Shown here one piece after another: positions 25,829 through 40,800 of a DNA stretch of 64,000 nucleotides. Origin of the DNA: Ruditapes philippinarum (Eukaryota); assembly GCF_026571515.1 (NCBI RefSeq), contig NW_026860005.1, forward strand, positions 62,001 through 126,000, given 5' to 3'. The position numbers were made by a program, and so were the translations under genes. Position 1 is the first letter of the stretch. Each line of letters starts with the position of its first letter. Under the pieces are notes generated by a model. That model was not told the DNA's origin and searched no databases. It was given only the letters and a program-made list of their open reading frames with translations.

Positions 25829-28800
25829 AGCTAACAGATGATGGAGTTTGTTTAACACCAGGCTGTGTGGTTGCAGGTAAAACATTCATTAAAAAGATTT
25901 AAGCCTTTTTGTATAAAAAATATTTTTGTTTTGTTTGGTGTATAATCAAGTCATCTAAAGAGGTACGTGGAGTCTTCCTCCACCAGTAAAGCTGAAGAGT
26001 CACCATATGATCTTGATCTTGAACCAAGCCAGTTACTTTGTAGATTTAATCATTTTATCTAAAAAGTAACAACATATCCGATTAATTTGTCACAAAATTT
26101 CCGATCATTTGTTGTATACTAAATAAATGCATAAACATAATCAGCCAAAGTATAAAAGACCGAGATATGCTGGTAATTTGGCGAGGTTTTCTAAATATCA
26201 GAAAATGTAGAATTTTACTATGATATACTTTGCTTAAATTTGATATAAGAACATATTGATAATTGCTATACAGTCTTTTTGTAAAAATAAAACAAACATG
26301 TTTTGACTTAACAGCAAGCAGATATGTTATATTTAAATTCTATACACTATATGTGGTCATAATATCGATATATTGTTTCATTAAAATACTGGCAGTTTTT
26401 TTGTAATAGGGAACCCATGCAGCTTTCCGTACATAGGTTTTTCGTTCTTTTATTCAAGACATATTCAATAAGAATTTAGTAGATTTCAATACATTTCTGT
26501 TATCAAAATATTTTACTCAAGGATAAGCATAATATGTATTAGGTAAGGGCCCTCGATAATGTTGTTATAAGTTTTGGCTCAACCCTTTTATATATTTACA
26601 TTATTGTATTTATGTTTAATGATGTATAATTGTGAAATTTTATGTATGTGTATTTATACAATAAAGTATGATTAAACTAAAATTCAATAATCTTTGACTT
26701 ATATATCCATGTTATATTTTATGTTTGTTTTATGAAAATACCGTTTCAGCTGCTCGTGTACTTAATGGAATTGACACGTCTGTAAATCCTTGTGACAACT
26801 TCTATACATTTGCTTGTGGATCGTGGATAAAGAGCAATGTCATCCCTGAGCATAAAAGTTCAGTAAGTGTTTTTGCGGAGGTTCGAGAAAAAGTTGCAGT
26901 CACTGTCAAAGGTAACATACAAACAATTTTTATGTTTGAGTTCAACATTTGCATCCTAGAAAATTTAATCAATTTATCAAAATGCGTGCTCCCATGTGAA
27001 ATATGAAAATATAGCTGCATACGATAGGATCATTATACCTAATACATTGTAGTTAGAGAAGTAAAATATTTTTATGATTTTCAGCTGATTTCTGCGTTAC
27101 TGGTGTTGATTCGTAAAATACAAATTATTTAGCATCACATTTAAAGAAATCTTACTTATAAAGCATAAAGCAAAGCGCACTTTGTATAAACCATCGTTTG
27201 GACTAAGTAAATAACGGTTTTAATACAAAAGAATGTTTTAATTTTTTATTTAAGAATGAAATAGTTTTTTTTACAAAGAACGTTTTTAACGTTTTTTTTT
27301 TAAAAAAACAGTGTTGTATTTTTTTTTTTAAAGAATGTGACAAATATTCCCCGAAGAATGTAAAAATGTATTTTACAAAAGAATCTTCAAAAGATTGTAA
27401 TAACGTGTCGTTTTTTAACACGAATGTTACAACGTTACCCCTAAAATGTTAAAATGTTTTACAAAAGAATGTAATAACGTTTTTTTTTCTCAGAAGAATG
27501 TAATAACGTTTTTACAAAAGAATGTTATAACGTTTTCATAAAAAGAATGTTATAACGCTTTTAACGTTTTCGTTTTTCTTCTCTACAAAGAACGGTCTGA
27601 TAACATTATGTAACTATGATGCTATGCGTAAAGTGTCAGTACAAATAGTTTCAGATTTGCAAAAGGTCGATCGTGTGTATTCAAATTATCTGTTCTTTCC
27701 AATTTGATATCTTCTGAACACTGGTTTAATTTTGTCAATCATGGTCGCCTCAAACTACATATAATATGATAGATAAATAAATAACTTGGTATTAATATAA
27801 TGACGCTTTCATTTCCCCTGCATTTAATTGTGTCATTTCCCTTCATTCGAAATGTCAATAATTCTACCTATTATCTCATGAAATGTCATGATTTCAATTC
27901 AAACTATCTGTCACAGGGTTCGCTTACAAGCCCTATTACAAGTAGAGAAACTGATAGCGAACAGCATGGATCCTGATCAGACTGCGCGGATGCGCAGGCT
28001 GGTCTGGATCCATGCTGGTCGCAAACGCACTATGTTGGTTTTGTCGTGACGCGATGCAAATGTCATGATTTCAATTCAAACTATTTGTCACAGGGTTGTT
28101 AGAAGCCGATAACAATCAAAATCATCCAAAGGTGGTCCAAAAGGCAAGGGACTTTTACAAATCATGTATGAACCAAGGTTAGTTGATTATATAAAACATT
28201 GTCATACTTGCTCTGCCAAAAACTTGAGAAAAAAAAAACAACAAAGGACAATAATAAGACAATAATAAGGCAAGAATTTAACATTTCATCTCTAAATGAC
28301 TCTTTAACAACTCTGTGTATCAACTGAACGCGATTAAATTTACTTTTGAATATCATATTCATTTTCTAGATTTTTGAAATAATTGAAAAACGTACTATTT
28401 CAGCTTGAAATACTGTATATCAATTGTATAAACTACTTATAATTTGACGCTTTGAAACTATATATTTCTTCCAATATCACCCTCTTTAATTTTACATTTA
28501 CACAAAAGATGCCGTGGAAGAGTATGGACTTGGGCCCATAAAGGAGTTTATTGTAAAGTTTGGCGGCTGGCCAGTTCTAGGCTCTCAACATGGCGGACGT
28601 TGGTCTGAAAATAATTTCAGTGTTGAAGATTTGTTGGTAGAATCTGTACGGCAAGGGAATAGCATGCCGCTGATACATTTCAGCATCAACAAAGATTTAA
28701 AACAATCTGTATCTAACATAATAATTGTAAGTACAAACTATATTTTATTTATACCAATTTTGTTTCTAAAAGATATATGTGTATTGCTTTCTGTCTACAT

Positions 28801-31800
28801 ACTAATTACGACCCAGAATATAACTATGTGCACTGTCTGCAAAACATGTTGGCACCTAAATGGAATTATAGGTCTTAAAGTGTCTTGCTGAATAGCTTAT
28901 GCATGTTAGTAAAGCATTAAAGAGACAAAGAGTATCCAAAGAGTCTTCAGAAATATTCACGAATTCGCCTATGATTTGTAGTAACTAAGCCCTGAATACA
29001 TGATCTGAATACATGATATCAGTAATTTGATGTAATACTAGTAATTCATTTCACAAAAAAGTATTTTAATAAACACCATAAAAATGAACGTTTGCCCTTC
29101 CTTAAAATATGAAACAATTTAAAAGCTGCAATAAGGATATTTAGTTTGGTGATATTGTAATTTTGTACCTGAAAAAGTTGCCTTTAGCTTATTAAACGTA
29201 AGATATGCTATTTTTAGATAAACCGTTTCATCTTATTGGAAAATCAAAAGAATTAAGGTTGGAAATGAAATTTGCCAACAATAAAATACATAAACAATAA
29301 GTAAAAGGTCTTATTTCTATATTTAGATTTATAAAGGGAATATTGATTTCCCAATCTTCTACTTAAAGAAATGAACGTCCCTCACACGTTATTAATAGCA
29401 CTTGCGCTGTGTCGAAGAATGCTTAACAGTGATATGATGAACTTTTTTCAAGATAGAATTCCTGAAATACTAAGTTTGAAACAACACAGAATTGTTTTTT
29501 CCTACAGAAAATGAAAGCTGAAGGCCGCTTTAAGATGTATTTGATTAATTCTTTTTATTTACATATGTTTGGTACATGTTTTTATGCTTTTGTCCAACAA
29601 TATTGATCTGGCGCGTCATTAACTTTCGTAAAGGTTATTTCGATAAACGCTGACCAGTATCTATCGAATATATCGATATATTTTCTAACTTCACCCACCA
29701 GTGATGTGTGGTGTATTGGTATAGATGTCGGACTACCGATCTGAAGGTCTTTGGTTCGATTCCTTGCCAACACCACGTTATGATTTTTTTTAGTTTCCTT
29801 GCAAGAATAAATTTGAAATCGTTTTACTACACCTGGTTTTAGAATACCTTTTAAGTGGTGTTTTTTTACACAATTATATTTTTTATTTCATTACAGTATC
29901 TTTCAACGGTTCTCTTTGTGACATTATGCAATCGAATATGCTTTAGCACATACACGCTATAAAGGCAGTTATTAAAATACTACATAGATAATATTATATA
30001 GATAGTACACGCAACAAAAAGGTTTGCAATAGTTTCTAGAGAATGACAATTTTAAAATTAAAAGAAAAAAGAATCGCTGAAATAGGATTCGAACTTCCAG
30101 TTCACGCCTACATTCTTCAAGTAAAGCCCTTTTACCAACTGTGCTGAGAGAATATTTTTTTTTCACCATTTTAATTATTGGCTATTTCCGCTCATATCGA
30201 TTTACAAATGGGGCATATACCGACTTCAGGGTCAAATGCAAGAGTGCCAGGTCAATGTTGTTGGATAATACTATATTATTGTATTGTATTATGATTACAT
30301 TTAGCTCTCTTCTCCATGGCTTGGGATGCCAAGTCGTGAGTATTACCTGACAGACCGTGAAAGTAAGTATATAACGGCGTATCAGAGGATGCTTGAAGAA
30401 AGTTATGTAGCGTTTGGTGCTGATCCTGACACTGCCGCGGATGCCGCTAGAGACGTCGTAGACTTTGAAATAGAAATTGCTAATGTAGGTAGTTTCAAAT
30501 ATGTTTGTTTTTTTTTACGTAATTTATTATTATCATTACCAATAATGACAACTTTTCACTTTTTTAGAATACTTGGTCTTATTACCTCTCAATATCATAT
30601 TTTTGAGTCATATTTTTGGCCGGCATTTCGGTGTGAACAATCTTTCATTCTTTGAATCCTTTAGTACCAGACCTATTATTAAATGTAAACATTCTTTGAA
30701 TAATTTAATACAAGGTCAGAAATTATATGTTAGTCAGAAATTATATGTTAACATTCTTTGAATCATTTAATACAAAGCAAGAAATTATATGTGAACATTC
30801 TTTGAAAAATTTAATACAAGGCAAGTAATTATATTTGAACATTATATGAATCATTTAATATAAGGCAAACAATTATTTGTGAACATTTTTAATCATTTAA
30901 TATTCGGCCAGCAATTATATATGAACATTTTTTTTAATCATTTAATACAAGTCCAGCAACTATTTGTGAACATTCTTTGAATCATTTAATACAACGCAAG
31001 CAATTATATGTGAACAGTCTTTGAATCATTTATTGCAAGACCAGCAATTATATGTGGATATTTTTTGAATAATTTATTACAAGACCAGCAATTATATGCG
31101 GACATTCTTTGAATAATTTATTACAAGGCAAGCAATTATTTGTGAATATTCTTTGAATCAGTGAATACAACGCCAGCAATTAATTGTGACAGTTCTTTGA
31201 CTCATTTATTACAAGACCAGCCATTTTTTGTGAACATTCTTTGAAAAATTTAATACAAGGCTGGCAATTATATGCGAACAGTCTTTGAATCATTTAATAC
31301 AAGGCTGGCAATTATATGCGAACAGTCTTTGAATCATTTAATACAAGGCTGGCAATTATATGCGAACAGTCTTTGAATCATTTAATACAAGGCTGGCATT
31401 TATATTTGAACAATCATTCAAACATTAAATACTACCACAATATTTCCGGCCAACAATTATTCGTGATTTTGTTTTTAATTTAATACAAGACCAGCAATTG
31501 TTTGTGAACATTTTTTGAATCATGTAATACTAGGCTAGCAATTATTTGTGAACATTCTTTAAATAATTTGATAGAAGCTACTTTTTTGTGATCAATTTTT
31601 GAATAATGAATATATATTGTAAACTATTTATTTCAGATAACCATCCCGTTACAGAAAAGCCGGAATCCAAAGTACTATTACAACAAAATGACTGTCAGAG
31701 AATTAATCAATAAATATAAAGGGGTAATCAGTGAATTGTTGATTTTAAAAAAATAATAACTATACCTGCATTTATTTAATTTCACTACGAGAAAAAGAAA

Positions 31801-34800
31801 ATACGGTTCAGTAACATTTGAGCCGTGTCGCAGTCTGATCAGGATCCATGCTGTTCGCTTACAAACCCTATTACAAGAAGAGAAACTGATAGCGAACAGC
31901 ATGGATCCTGATCAGACTGCACGGATGCGCAAGCTGTTCTGGATCCATGCTGATCGCAGACCCATTATGTTGGTTTTGTCATGACATGGCTCAATTTTAT
32001 TCTATGTTACAGATGATCTACAGATTTTATAGTATACTACGTAATAAAAATATCTTCGATCAGACTAAATAACAATTTAGCATTTCATTATATGGCAGTT
32101 TTAACTGATAATCAAGATGAAAGCATCTTGCTTACAGGTGAGCGAAAATATTTCAATAAATTTAAACTTGAGGGAAATGTACTATAAGCTTAGGAAAAGT
32201 AGAAAGATTCAAGATTCAACTAATAATTTACATGTTATGAGCAATTAATAGTTGGTAACTATATTTCTACTGCTACTACAACTCAGTGAGGGCAATTTTC
32301 GCATATGTTCACCTCTTTTTGTTATTAACGTGGGTTGTAAGTCCCATTAGTAATGTGTTAATTGCTTCCTTTTGGTTACTATACAATATTATGCTTTAAA
32401 TTACATTATCAAAAATTTCATGAAAATAAGCATTATTCTTGATGCATGCTGCTTTAACTATTCAAAGGAATATAGATGTACTAAAGAATGTTAGAATTTA
32501 ATATTTTAAGATTGACTGGCTGAAACTAATTAATGGAACAATGAACATCGTTGGAATGTCAATAAATGAATCAGAACAAGTACTAGCTTCATCACGTGAC
32601 TATTTTGAGAAAATCGGTAATGTTCTAGCCAAATATCCTTCGAGGTAAGAAACTAAAACAAACTGTTTGTTTAAATGCGGGCTTAGCAAACTTTTGAAAT
32701 AATTGCTTAAAAGAGTGAAATGTAGATTCAAATACATTAAGGCAATTAGATGATGACAATAATGAATACACAGAAGGCTAGATGAACAACATCTACAAAA
32801 TGTCATATCGTCAATTGAAAATGCAGAAACTAATATAAATAATGTTGTCAAAGAGTTTGTTGATATAATACGTAAGCATTCTTTTGATGTGTTTGGCAAA
32901 ACAAAAACGTTGCACAATAAAACAAAACCAAATTGGGAATTATTGTACCTATCTTTAAAGGAGGGAACATAGATGATCCAAACAAATATAGAGGTATATG
33001 TCTTATAAATATACTAGGTAAAATATATTCGCAAGTATTATTAAATAGAGTCACAAAATGGTCGCAATTTAATGAAAAATTAAATGATCATAAATTTGGC
33101 TTACAAAAGGGTAGAACAACTACGGATTGTATCTTTTTATTAAACTCAGTCATCGCAAAATCATTCAGTTGTGGCAAAAAACTTAACACAGCTTTTGTAG
33201 ATTATGAAAACTGTTTCGACAAAATAGAACGTTAATATGGCAAAAACTTATTTCTGAAAATGTCAGTTCAAAAATTGTTAAAGCTATGCTTGTTTGTTTG
33301 TTTGTTTCATTTTACACCTTTTTCAACAGTATTTCAGTCATATTGGCGGGTAGTTTCCTAACCATCGTTCCTGGAGAGTTACACCAGTACTAGACTACCT
33401 TCCTCCGCGCTAAACTACCAAAGCATCTCCCGGGGATCGAACCCACGCCAGAGAGGTAACTGGATTAGAAGTCATCGACTCTAACCCCTCGACCACGGAG
33501 GCGGTTTTAAAGCTATGCAATCTATGTATAGTGTAGTTAAACAATGTATTCGATATAAAAAACAATACTCAGACTTCTTCGAACCTCATATTGGGGTCAA
33601 ACAAGGAGACCCAAGTTCTAGTCTAATGCTTCTATACTTAATAAATGATATCGTCGAAAATTTAAACACAGACATCGAAGGAATATTTAATCTAGACGAG
33701 CTAAAACTGTTCATTTTACTGTTTGCCGATAATTCGGTACTTTTTGCAAACACTCAAAATGCACTTCAAGATTTACTAAACAAACTAGAAGCATATTGTG
33801 ATATTTGGAGCCTAAAAATAAACACCGACAAAACAAAATAATGATTTTCGAAAGGGGCCGTCATACACAACATAATTTTATTTTATGTGAACAACAATTA
33901 GAGGTTGTTAAATCCTTCAAATACTTAGGAACGCACCTATATAAAAATGGTTCTTGGTACAGAACGCAAAGCAGGATAGCACAGTATGCATCATATGCTT
34001 TACACAACTTGTTCATTATTTTCAACCAAGTAGAATTAACCAATAAAGATAAATGTAATCTGTTCGATCATTTAGATTGTCTTCTCATCAACTAGCTATC
34101 GAAACTTGAAGATACACAAATGTCGATCGACAACTTCGAATTTGCCAAGAATGTAATATGCGCATGATTGAAAATGAGTATCATTTTTTATTAGTATGCC
34201 CGAAATATAGAGAACTAAGAATCAAATACTTTAAACCATATTATTGTAGATGGCCATCAATCCAAAAGTTCATAAGCCTTCTATCATGTGAATCCTCAAA
34301 AAGTATTACCAACGTTGCTAAATTTTTATTCTGCCTTTCAACTACGAAATACCAATAACAATGTTTAAAAACACTGGCGATTTATTTAGTATTTTATACT
34401 ATCATACTATATAATGATCAAAGAAACGTAATTTTTTATAGTTAATTTTTTATTTACTGATCTAGTCACAGTTGCAGATAATTTGTATTGTTTTTTTTTT
34501 TGAAAATTGACTGAATGTACATGTTATCAATATACTTATCCTTTTTTTGAATTGATCATGTTCTTCTGTTAAAAATTTCATGTCTGTATTTCTTGCATTG
34601 TAAATGGCTATGTATGTATGTTAACACATATTATACTAATAAACTATATGTTATGTTATATTATAGTGAACCCTACAATCATTGCATGACATGCCTGATT
34701 CAAGACAATGCATACTGATTTAACTGTTTTTCATTTTCAGGGTTCTCGCAAATTACTTGGTCGGCCGTATCATTTTAAATGGGGACGTATTATTTTATCC

Positions 34801-37800
34801 TAAAACACTTAAGGACATTTACCTTAGATTTAAACAGGTATGTGAATATATCCGTTTTATTTAATTATTTGGTATAACAATATATAAAATCGTATTTCGT
34901 TGAACAAACAATGGTCAGTAAAAATGCAAAGGTACTGTTGAAAATATAAAAAAAAGATAATTTTTTCAAAGACATCTTCATAAACTGAAAAACAGCAACA
35001 ACAAAGCAATACTCGGAAGACCAGTTCTAAAGCCCTGAATTTATTTTCAAATAATAATAAAAACGCATATATTGTAAAATAAACTAAACAATCAACAACA
35101 ACAAAACTCCACCCCTAAAACAACAACAACAAAAAAACAACAACAAGAAACAAAACAAAACAGACAAAAATGTCAAAACAGCAACAATAACAATAACAAC
35201 AACACAGCACCCTAGCTTTCCCAACCCAAAATATCACCTCCAACCCCACGCCCGCACCTAAAAAAACAACAAACTACGAATACACCCTTTAAAGCATCAA
35301 AAAATATATGCATGCTTTTATTTGAAGTTTGGCGTACTCATTTTTATTTTGTAATAAATATCTCAAATTTCATATCAACGAGAATATAGCCATTTTTATA
35401 CCAAACCTAACTTCACATGTATATATTTATACATATAATTAACAATATCACTAGGTATTCAGCGGAGCCTCACGAGAATCTCCCAGATGGCGGGACTGCG
35501 CAGACCTTGCCAAAAATGATTTCCCGGAAGTCGTTGGTCGTCTGTTTGTCGAAGAAGCATTTGGTGAAGACGCACAAAAAGATGTAAGTATGTTTAAAAT
35601 CTAATTCCCGCCACTGATGTTTTGATAAACGCCTTATAACTAAATTCTTCGTCATTATTCATACTGAAATATGTTTCAAAAATCAAGAAAGTTTTTTTTT
35701 CTGTTAGAGAGGCCTATGATGCTTTTACTATTATTTCACAAAACCTTTTTATTTTTTGTATTCTGTTGAAATTTCCAAAATGTTACTAAATGTACCATCG
35801 TTTGGTTTTGTAACCTTTCGGTAAACAGTAGTTAGAGCAATATAGTATTAGTATTGAAATCAAGATGCTACTTTTACATTTTGCTGTTTTTATAACCTAT
35901 AATTTCACATTCGGTGCTACTCAGCATCTAACATTTTTAAAACCCTGATTTTAAACTATTGTATTGTTATAAAAAATCATATCTGTAAATTAACAAAGAA
36001 GGAAAAATACACGTTTCTTAGGCATAATATATCTGCAATGGACAAAGTGGATTGGTCTACAATCGGCATATTTACCATATTAAGTATTTCAAATATTAAT
36101 AAAAATAATCAAAATCTATCATTTGGATATTCTTACAAAATATCATTATTTGTTTTAAATTCACGATAAACGAAAAACGATACACGAAAAAGGTAAACGT
36201 TAAACGCTTGTAAATGATGCACGCTTGAGAAAGCGTTTTATTAAACGCAAGTTGCACGATATAGGCACGAAATACATGTATATACGAAAAACGCACGCAC
36301 GAAAAACGCTATTTTAGACAACCGAAACGTTCACCCTAATGTAACAAGATAAAATAGTCACTGTTTATATGAAAGAAAGTTGATCAAAGAGAATAACCAT
36401 CGTGCTTGACATAAATTTACATACGATCTACTCAATACTTTTCTCTTTGATAACAGTAAGATCTAATGCTTTGATGTTATATAAGCTGTGTATTCAAAAC
36501 ATGGCGTAAAACATGCGTAAACAATGGTAATCATCGGTCACTGAGAGTGTACTTAAATACAGTTATTTGCCATTTAAGGTTCTAGAATTGGTTGAAAATC
36601 TTAGGACGGCATTTTTGAATATGGTCGACGACAGCACGTGGTTAGATGACGTCACAAAACAAACTGCAAAAGAGAAGGTAAACAAAGCACAAAGAATATT
36701 TGAACCTAAAGTTCAATGTATTTATGAAGTAGCTCAGTTGTATAATTTTGTATCTATTTCATCACATGAGAATTTATTATCATCACGTGACGCAATATGT
36801 GGTTGATGGTTGGCAGCATGACTTTATTTCAAACGTATTAAATACATGTAGCATGGGATACGGTAAAATGAATGCGAATATTATGACAATTTGAAAAATA
36901 ATTTTATAATTTTATATGTAATAATAAAGAAAAGATTCGTTTTAAGATATTCAAAATAAAGTAAAATCATGTTGCATTAATTTCATTATATTGTTCCAAT
37001 TGTTTGCCTCCGTTCGTATATCATTTTTCTCTTATGAAACAAACAAGAATAGGTTTGACAAATGCGTCTGAACAAATATGTATTTTTGAGTCACATATGT
37101 TTACTTTCAGGCGGAATCTATGGAAACACTTATTGGTTATCCAGCAATTACTTTCAACGACGTTGCTCTGGAGACGTATTATGAGAACGTAAGTGACATG
37201 TAATTTTACATCTCATATATATCATAAACATATCCGATGAACTATTTGAAGCGAAGTGTACCAGACAATGACGGTCTGGCAACGTTTGCATAATCGTAAT
37301 TTTGATCTTATTATTTGTGTTCTTTTATTAATAGATTTTATAATAGAATAACAAAACGAATTAACTATTGATGCAATACAGTATAAAAACGTATTGAATA
37401 CAGATAAATAAAGGTCGGTTATTATCTTCAACGTTGTTTGGTAACGGAAGTGCATTTCTCTCACGCTTGTAAACCAGTGGAAAAGGTTTCATTTATTTAG
37501 GTCCATTTTGAGTTTCAGAAACATATAAGGAAGCAAAGCTTTAATTTTTTATTTTATTTATTGACAATACTTGAAAGATATATATGTGGTATATAAACTG
37601 ATCAACATTTCAAGGCAACTGTTGACAACGGAGACCCGTTTGGAACAAAAGTAAGCATTGACAAGGCCGACAATGTTCGTATGCTGCAAACACTTCGCCA
37701 ACCATATGATAGAGCAAGGTATTTTCCAAATTACACGTGCACGTCATCATATTGTACCATATAAACATTTTATAGTACAAAATTAATCAATCTTTAAAAA

Positions 37801-40800
37801 AATGTCATAAAATGAGATAGTGAAATTTATAAACAATAAAATGCTTTTAGCAAACTCGACTGTTTTTGTTACGATTATTTATCGATATATCTGTTAATAT
37901 GCTTTTTGCCTAAATGTGTAGGGATTGGTGCGACTTACTTGCACAATCTACATAAAAAAGTCAATAATGTTCACAGTTATTACATTCACATTTGCACATT
38001 TTACATTTTACTAAACAATAGTGACAACTTGGTAAAATGTTTGTACAGTTTTGTTTTCGAAGTGTATTACTTTAGACACGAAACCAATCATCTTTTATTT
38101 CCAGATGGTATAATTCGGCTGCATCTGTCAATGCGTTCAACATGTTTCTCACCAATCAGATGGGTAAACTGTTTGCTAGAATAACTAGTTCATCTTTATT
38201 TACCTTTGCTCAGCTGAATTTATGTAATATATTAGCCCTTTATAGAATTTTGTCATTGTCAGATTGAAGTAGTTTCAATATCAAACTACAAACCGTTAGC
38301 TATCAGCAGTATAGAGCCTGGTCATATTTCACGATGTGACAGATATTTCCTCTCGGTTAAGGATTAACCCTAAGGAATTTCAATCACAAATCACTTAAAT
38401 TGGACTGGATAGACTTCTTGCGATATAGGTAAATTTGGTTATATCTTGGTTTACCTGTGGCAAAAGATTATTCTTTTTAGGGACGAAGGATCTAAATTGA
38501 GCAAATATCTAGGCAGAGTGGCCTTAAAACATAATTCGAAATATATCATTTTTTCGCAATTTAAACATCTTAAACATCGGTGCATTAGTCGAATATGTAC
38601 CCTGTCCCCTATGAAGCTTAATCCAACAAGTTTGTGAATTGTAAATGCTCTGACTCTGTAAATCATGCATTATCAGGAATGTTACACATGCAGGTAAATA
38701 GACGTTAATCGTATATTTTGTCTATATTCATTTCCTATCTATTTTTAATTAATATCAGTTTATTGCAATTAAAAGTTTATTTGATGTTGATATCCGCCTA
38801 TTGTTCATTGTTTAAATTAGCCTGACATAATTCAATTAAATTTAATTCAAGTCTGTTGCTAAATACATTTTTGTTCATGAAAATGCATTTTTATTTCTGT
38901 ATTCGAAGCTTATATAAAACATTGTCTTTACAGTTTATCCAGCAGCCATTCTTCAACCGCCATATTACTCGTACGACCAACCTGAGTAAGATGCCTTTTC
39001 TCATCATTTATATTACTTTTTTCCCTTTTACCCCCTTTTTTCTTTTTTACGTCAATTTAACACAGTTTTGTTATATCTCGCCAATCGGCACATTTAGACA
39101 GCTTTTTCTGATAATAAAATGATAAAATTAAGTATTTAGCCTTTGCGATAATCAAAATGGAACTTTGTGGTAATTAAAATGGATCTGTGCTATAATGAAA
39201 CACAATTCTAGTATTCACGAAATATCTTTCCCCACAATATATTAAGTTCTTTTTTGGTCTTCTATATGGCATATTAAACTGTATTTTATAGTGGGTGAAC
39301 ATTTTCTTAAGGCGGTTAATAACGGTCGAATTACTAGAAAACATTTGTAAACATTGTGACATGATCAAGAAATGTTTTATTAGACAGTTATTTAAGCATT
39401 TTCGTGATCTAAATAAGCATTGATATATTTAAAAATTACACAGGTACTTGAATTATGGTGGAATAGGTAGTGTTATAGGACATGAAATAACACACGGGTT
39501 TGATGATAGAGGTAATTTATTTGATATCTCTATTTTTAAATTTATAATGTGCCATTTCTGATTAATTAAGATAATTATGTAAGCACAGGAAATACAGGCG
39601 TGCACAAAAAATCCCCCGTTACCTAGCAAGTCAGAAAAAAAGTTATTATTTTTCATCTTTTGGGACAGTCGTCACCGATACTTGGCAATGAAAATGCAAA
39701 AGGCCAGAATTAAAGGAAGTATTTTACTTTGAATAAATTTATTAATACAACATTGAGTTAGTACAAATCTACCTACGCCAAAATATTTGCATGTGGTCCT
39801 ATGGTCTCGAATGTTGCGTTTAATTTGCTTGAAATGGCGAGCTGAAATTGACTCATTTGCATCATTTAGTCATGAATTTAAAACATTCGTAATAATGTGT
39901 CATTTCAGCATGTGATTTGACAAAGACTTTGCTTATTGTATTTAAGTTTTATAACTTATATACATTTATGTACATAGATCAATAAATGTAAACAACTTGC
40001 ACGGTTCTTAGTCTTAGTCTTGGTCTGGCATTGACATATAACGGGAATCGGCTTAGCAATTTCCAAAATGATGAGTGAGACCTGGATGACAAGATTGGTT
40101 CCCGCGTCTGTATTTATTTCATTACTGTCAAAGATGTTGTTATTGATAGCGAATGTATTGCATGGGTTTGCTTAGTTGATATAATTTTGATATTTAAAGA
40201 GAAAGCTAGTTATGATCAAGACCAAAGAGCTCCATGATTTCATCTATCTGCTTCCCGGGAAATGTTATACAAAACTACAATCAGGACAAAGGTTTTTGCA
40301 CTTTCAACACTATCTTTTATTATTATTTTTAAAATAAGGTCGACATTTTGATAAAAATGGACAATTAGTTGACTGGTGGACGACTTATGATGAAACAGAA
40401 TTCAACAAGCGTAAACAGTGCCTGGTTGATCAGTACAACAATTTTACAGTTTCTGGTACGGACGGAATGAAGGTATGCTATTCACCGAACGTTTGATTTA
40501 CGAGGTTTGTCTAAAAGTTCACATAACGTTTCTTTAAAAATAAAATACAAATTGGCATAGCGTTTTCAAATCTTTACTGTGTAAATTCAACATATTTTCA
40601 CTTTACATGCACAATTTCAAAGATGTTAAAATATGGGTTTAAAAATAATCGACATTAGGATTTAAAAAAACAGACATTTGGAAATATTTTAAACTATGCA
40701 GTGAAGAGTTATCGGCGCAAGTTATCGTGCCATTTCGACGTTAGTGTTTTCTATGAAAAGTTCACTCAATTAAGAGGCAGATTAACTAACATCGTTTTCG

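Noticed and set aside
29698-29776. Possible genuine tRNA-Gly gene
   Set aside because: The acceptor stem does not pair convincingly, the ACC anticodon is atypical, and it lies inside a TIR element.
30630-31600. Regular repeats resembling CRISPR (also 55615-56245 and 62280-63300)
   Set aside because: Head-to-tail units without unique spacers, no cas genes, eukaryotic context.
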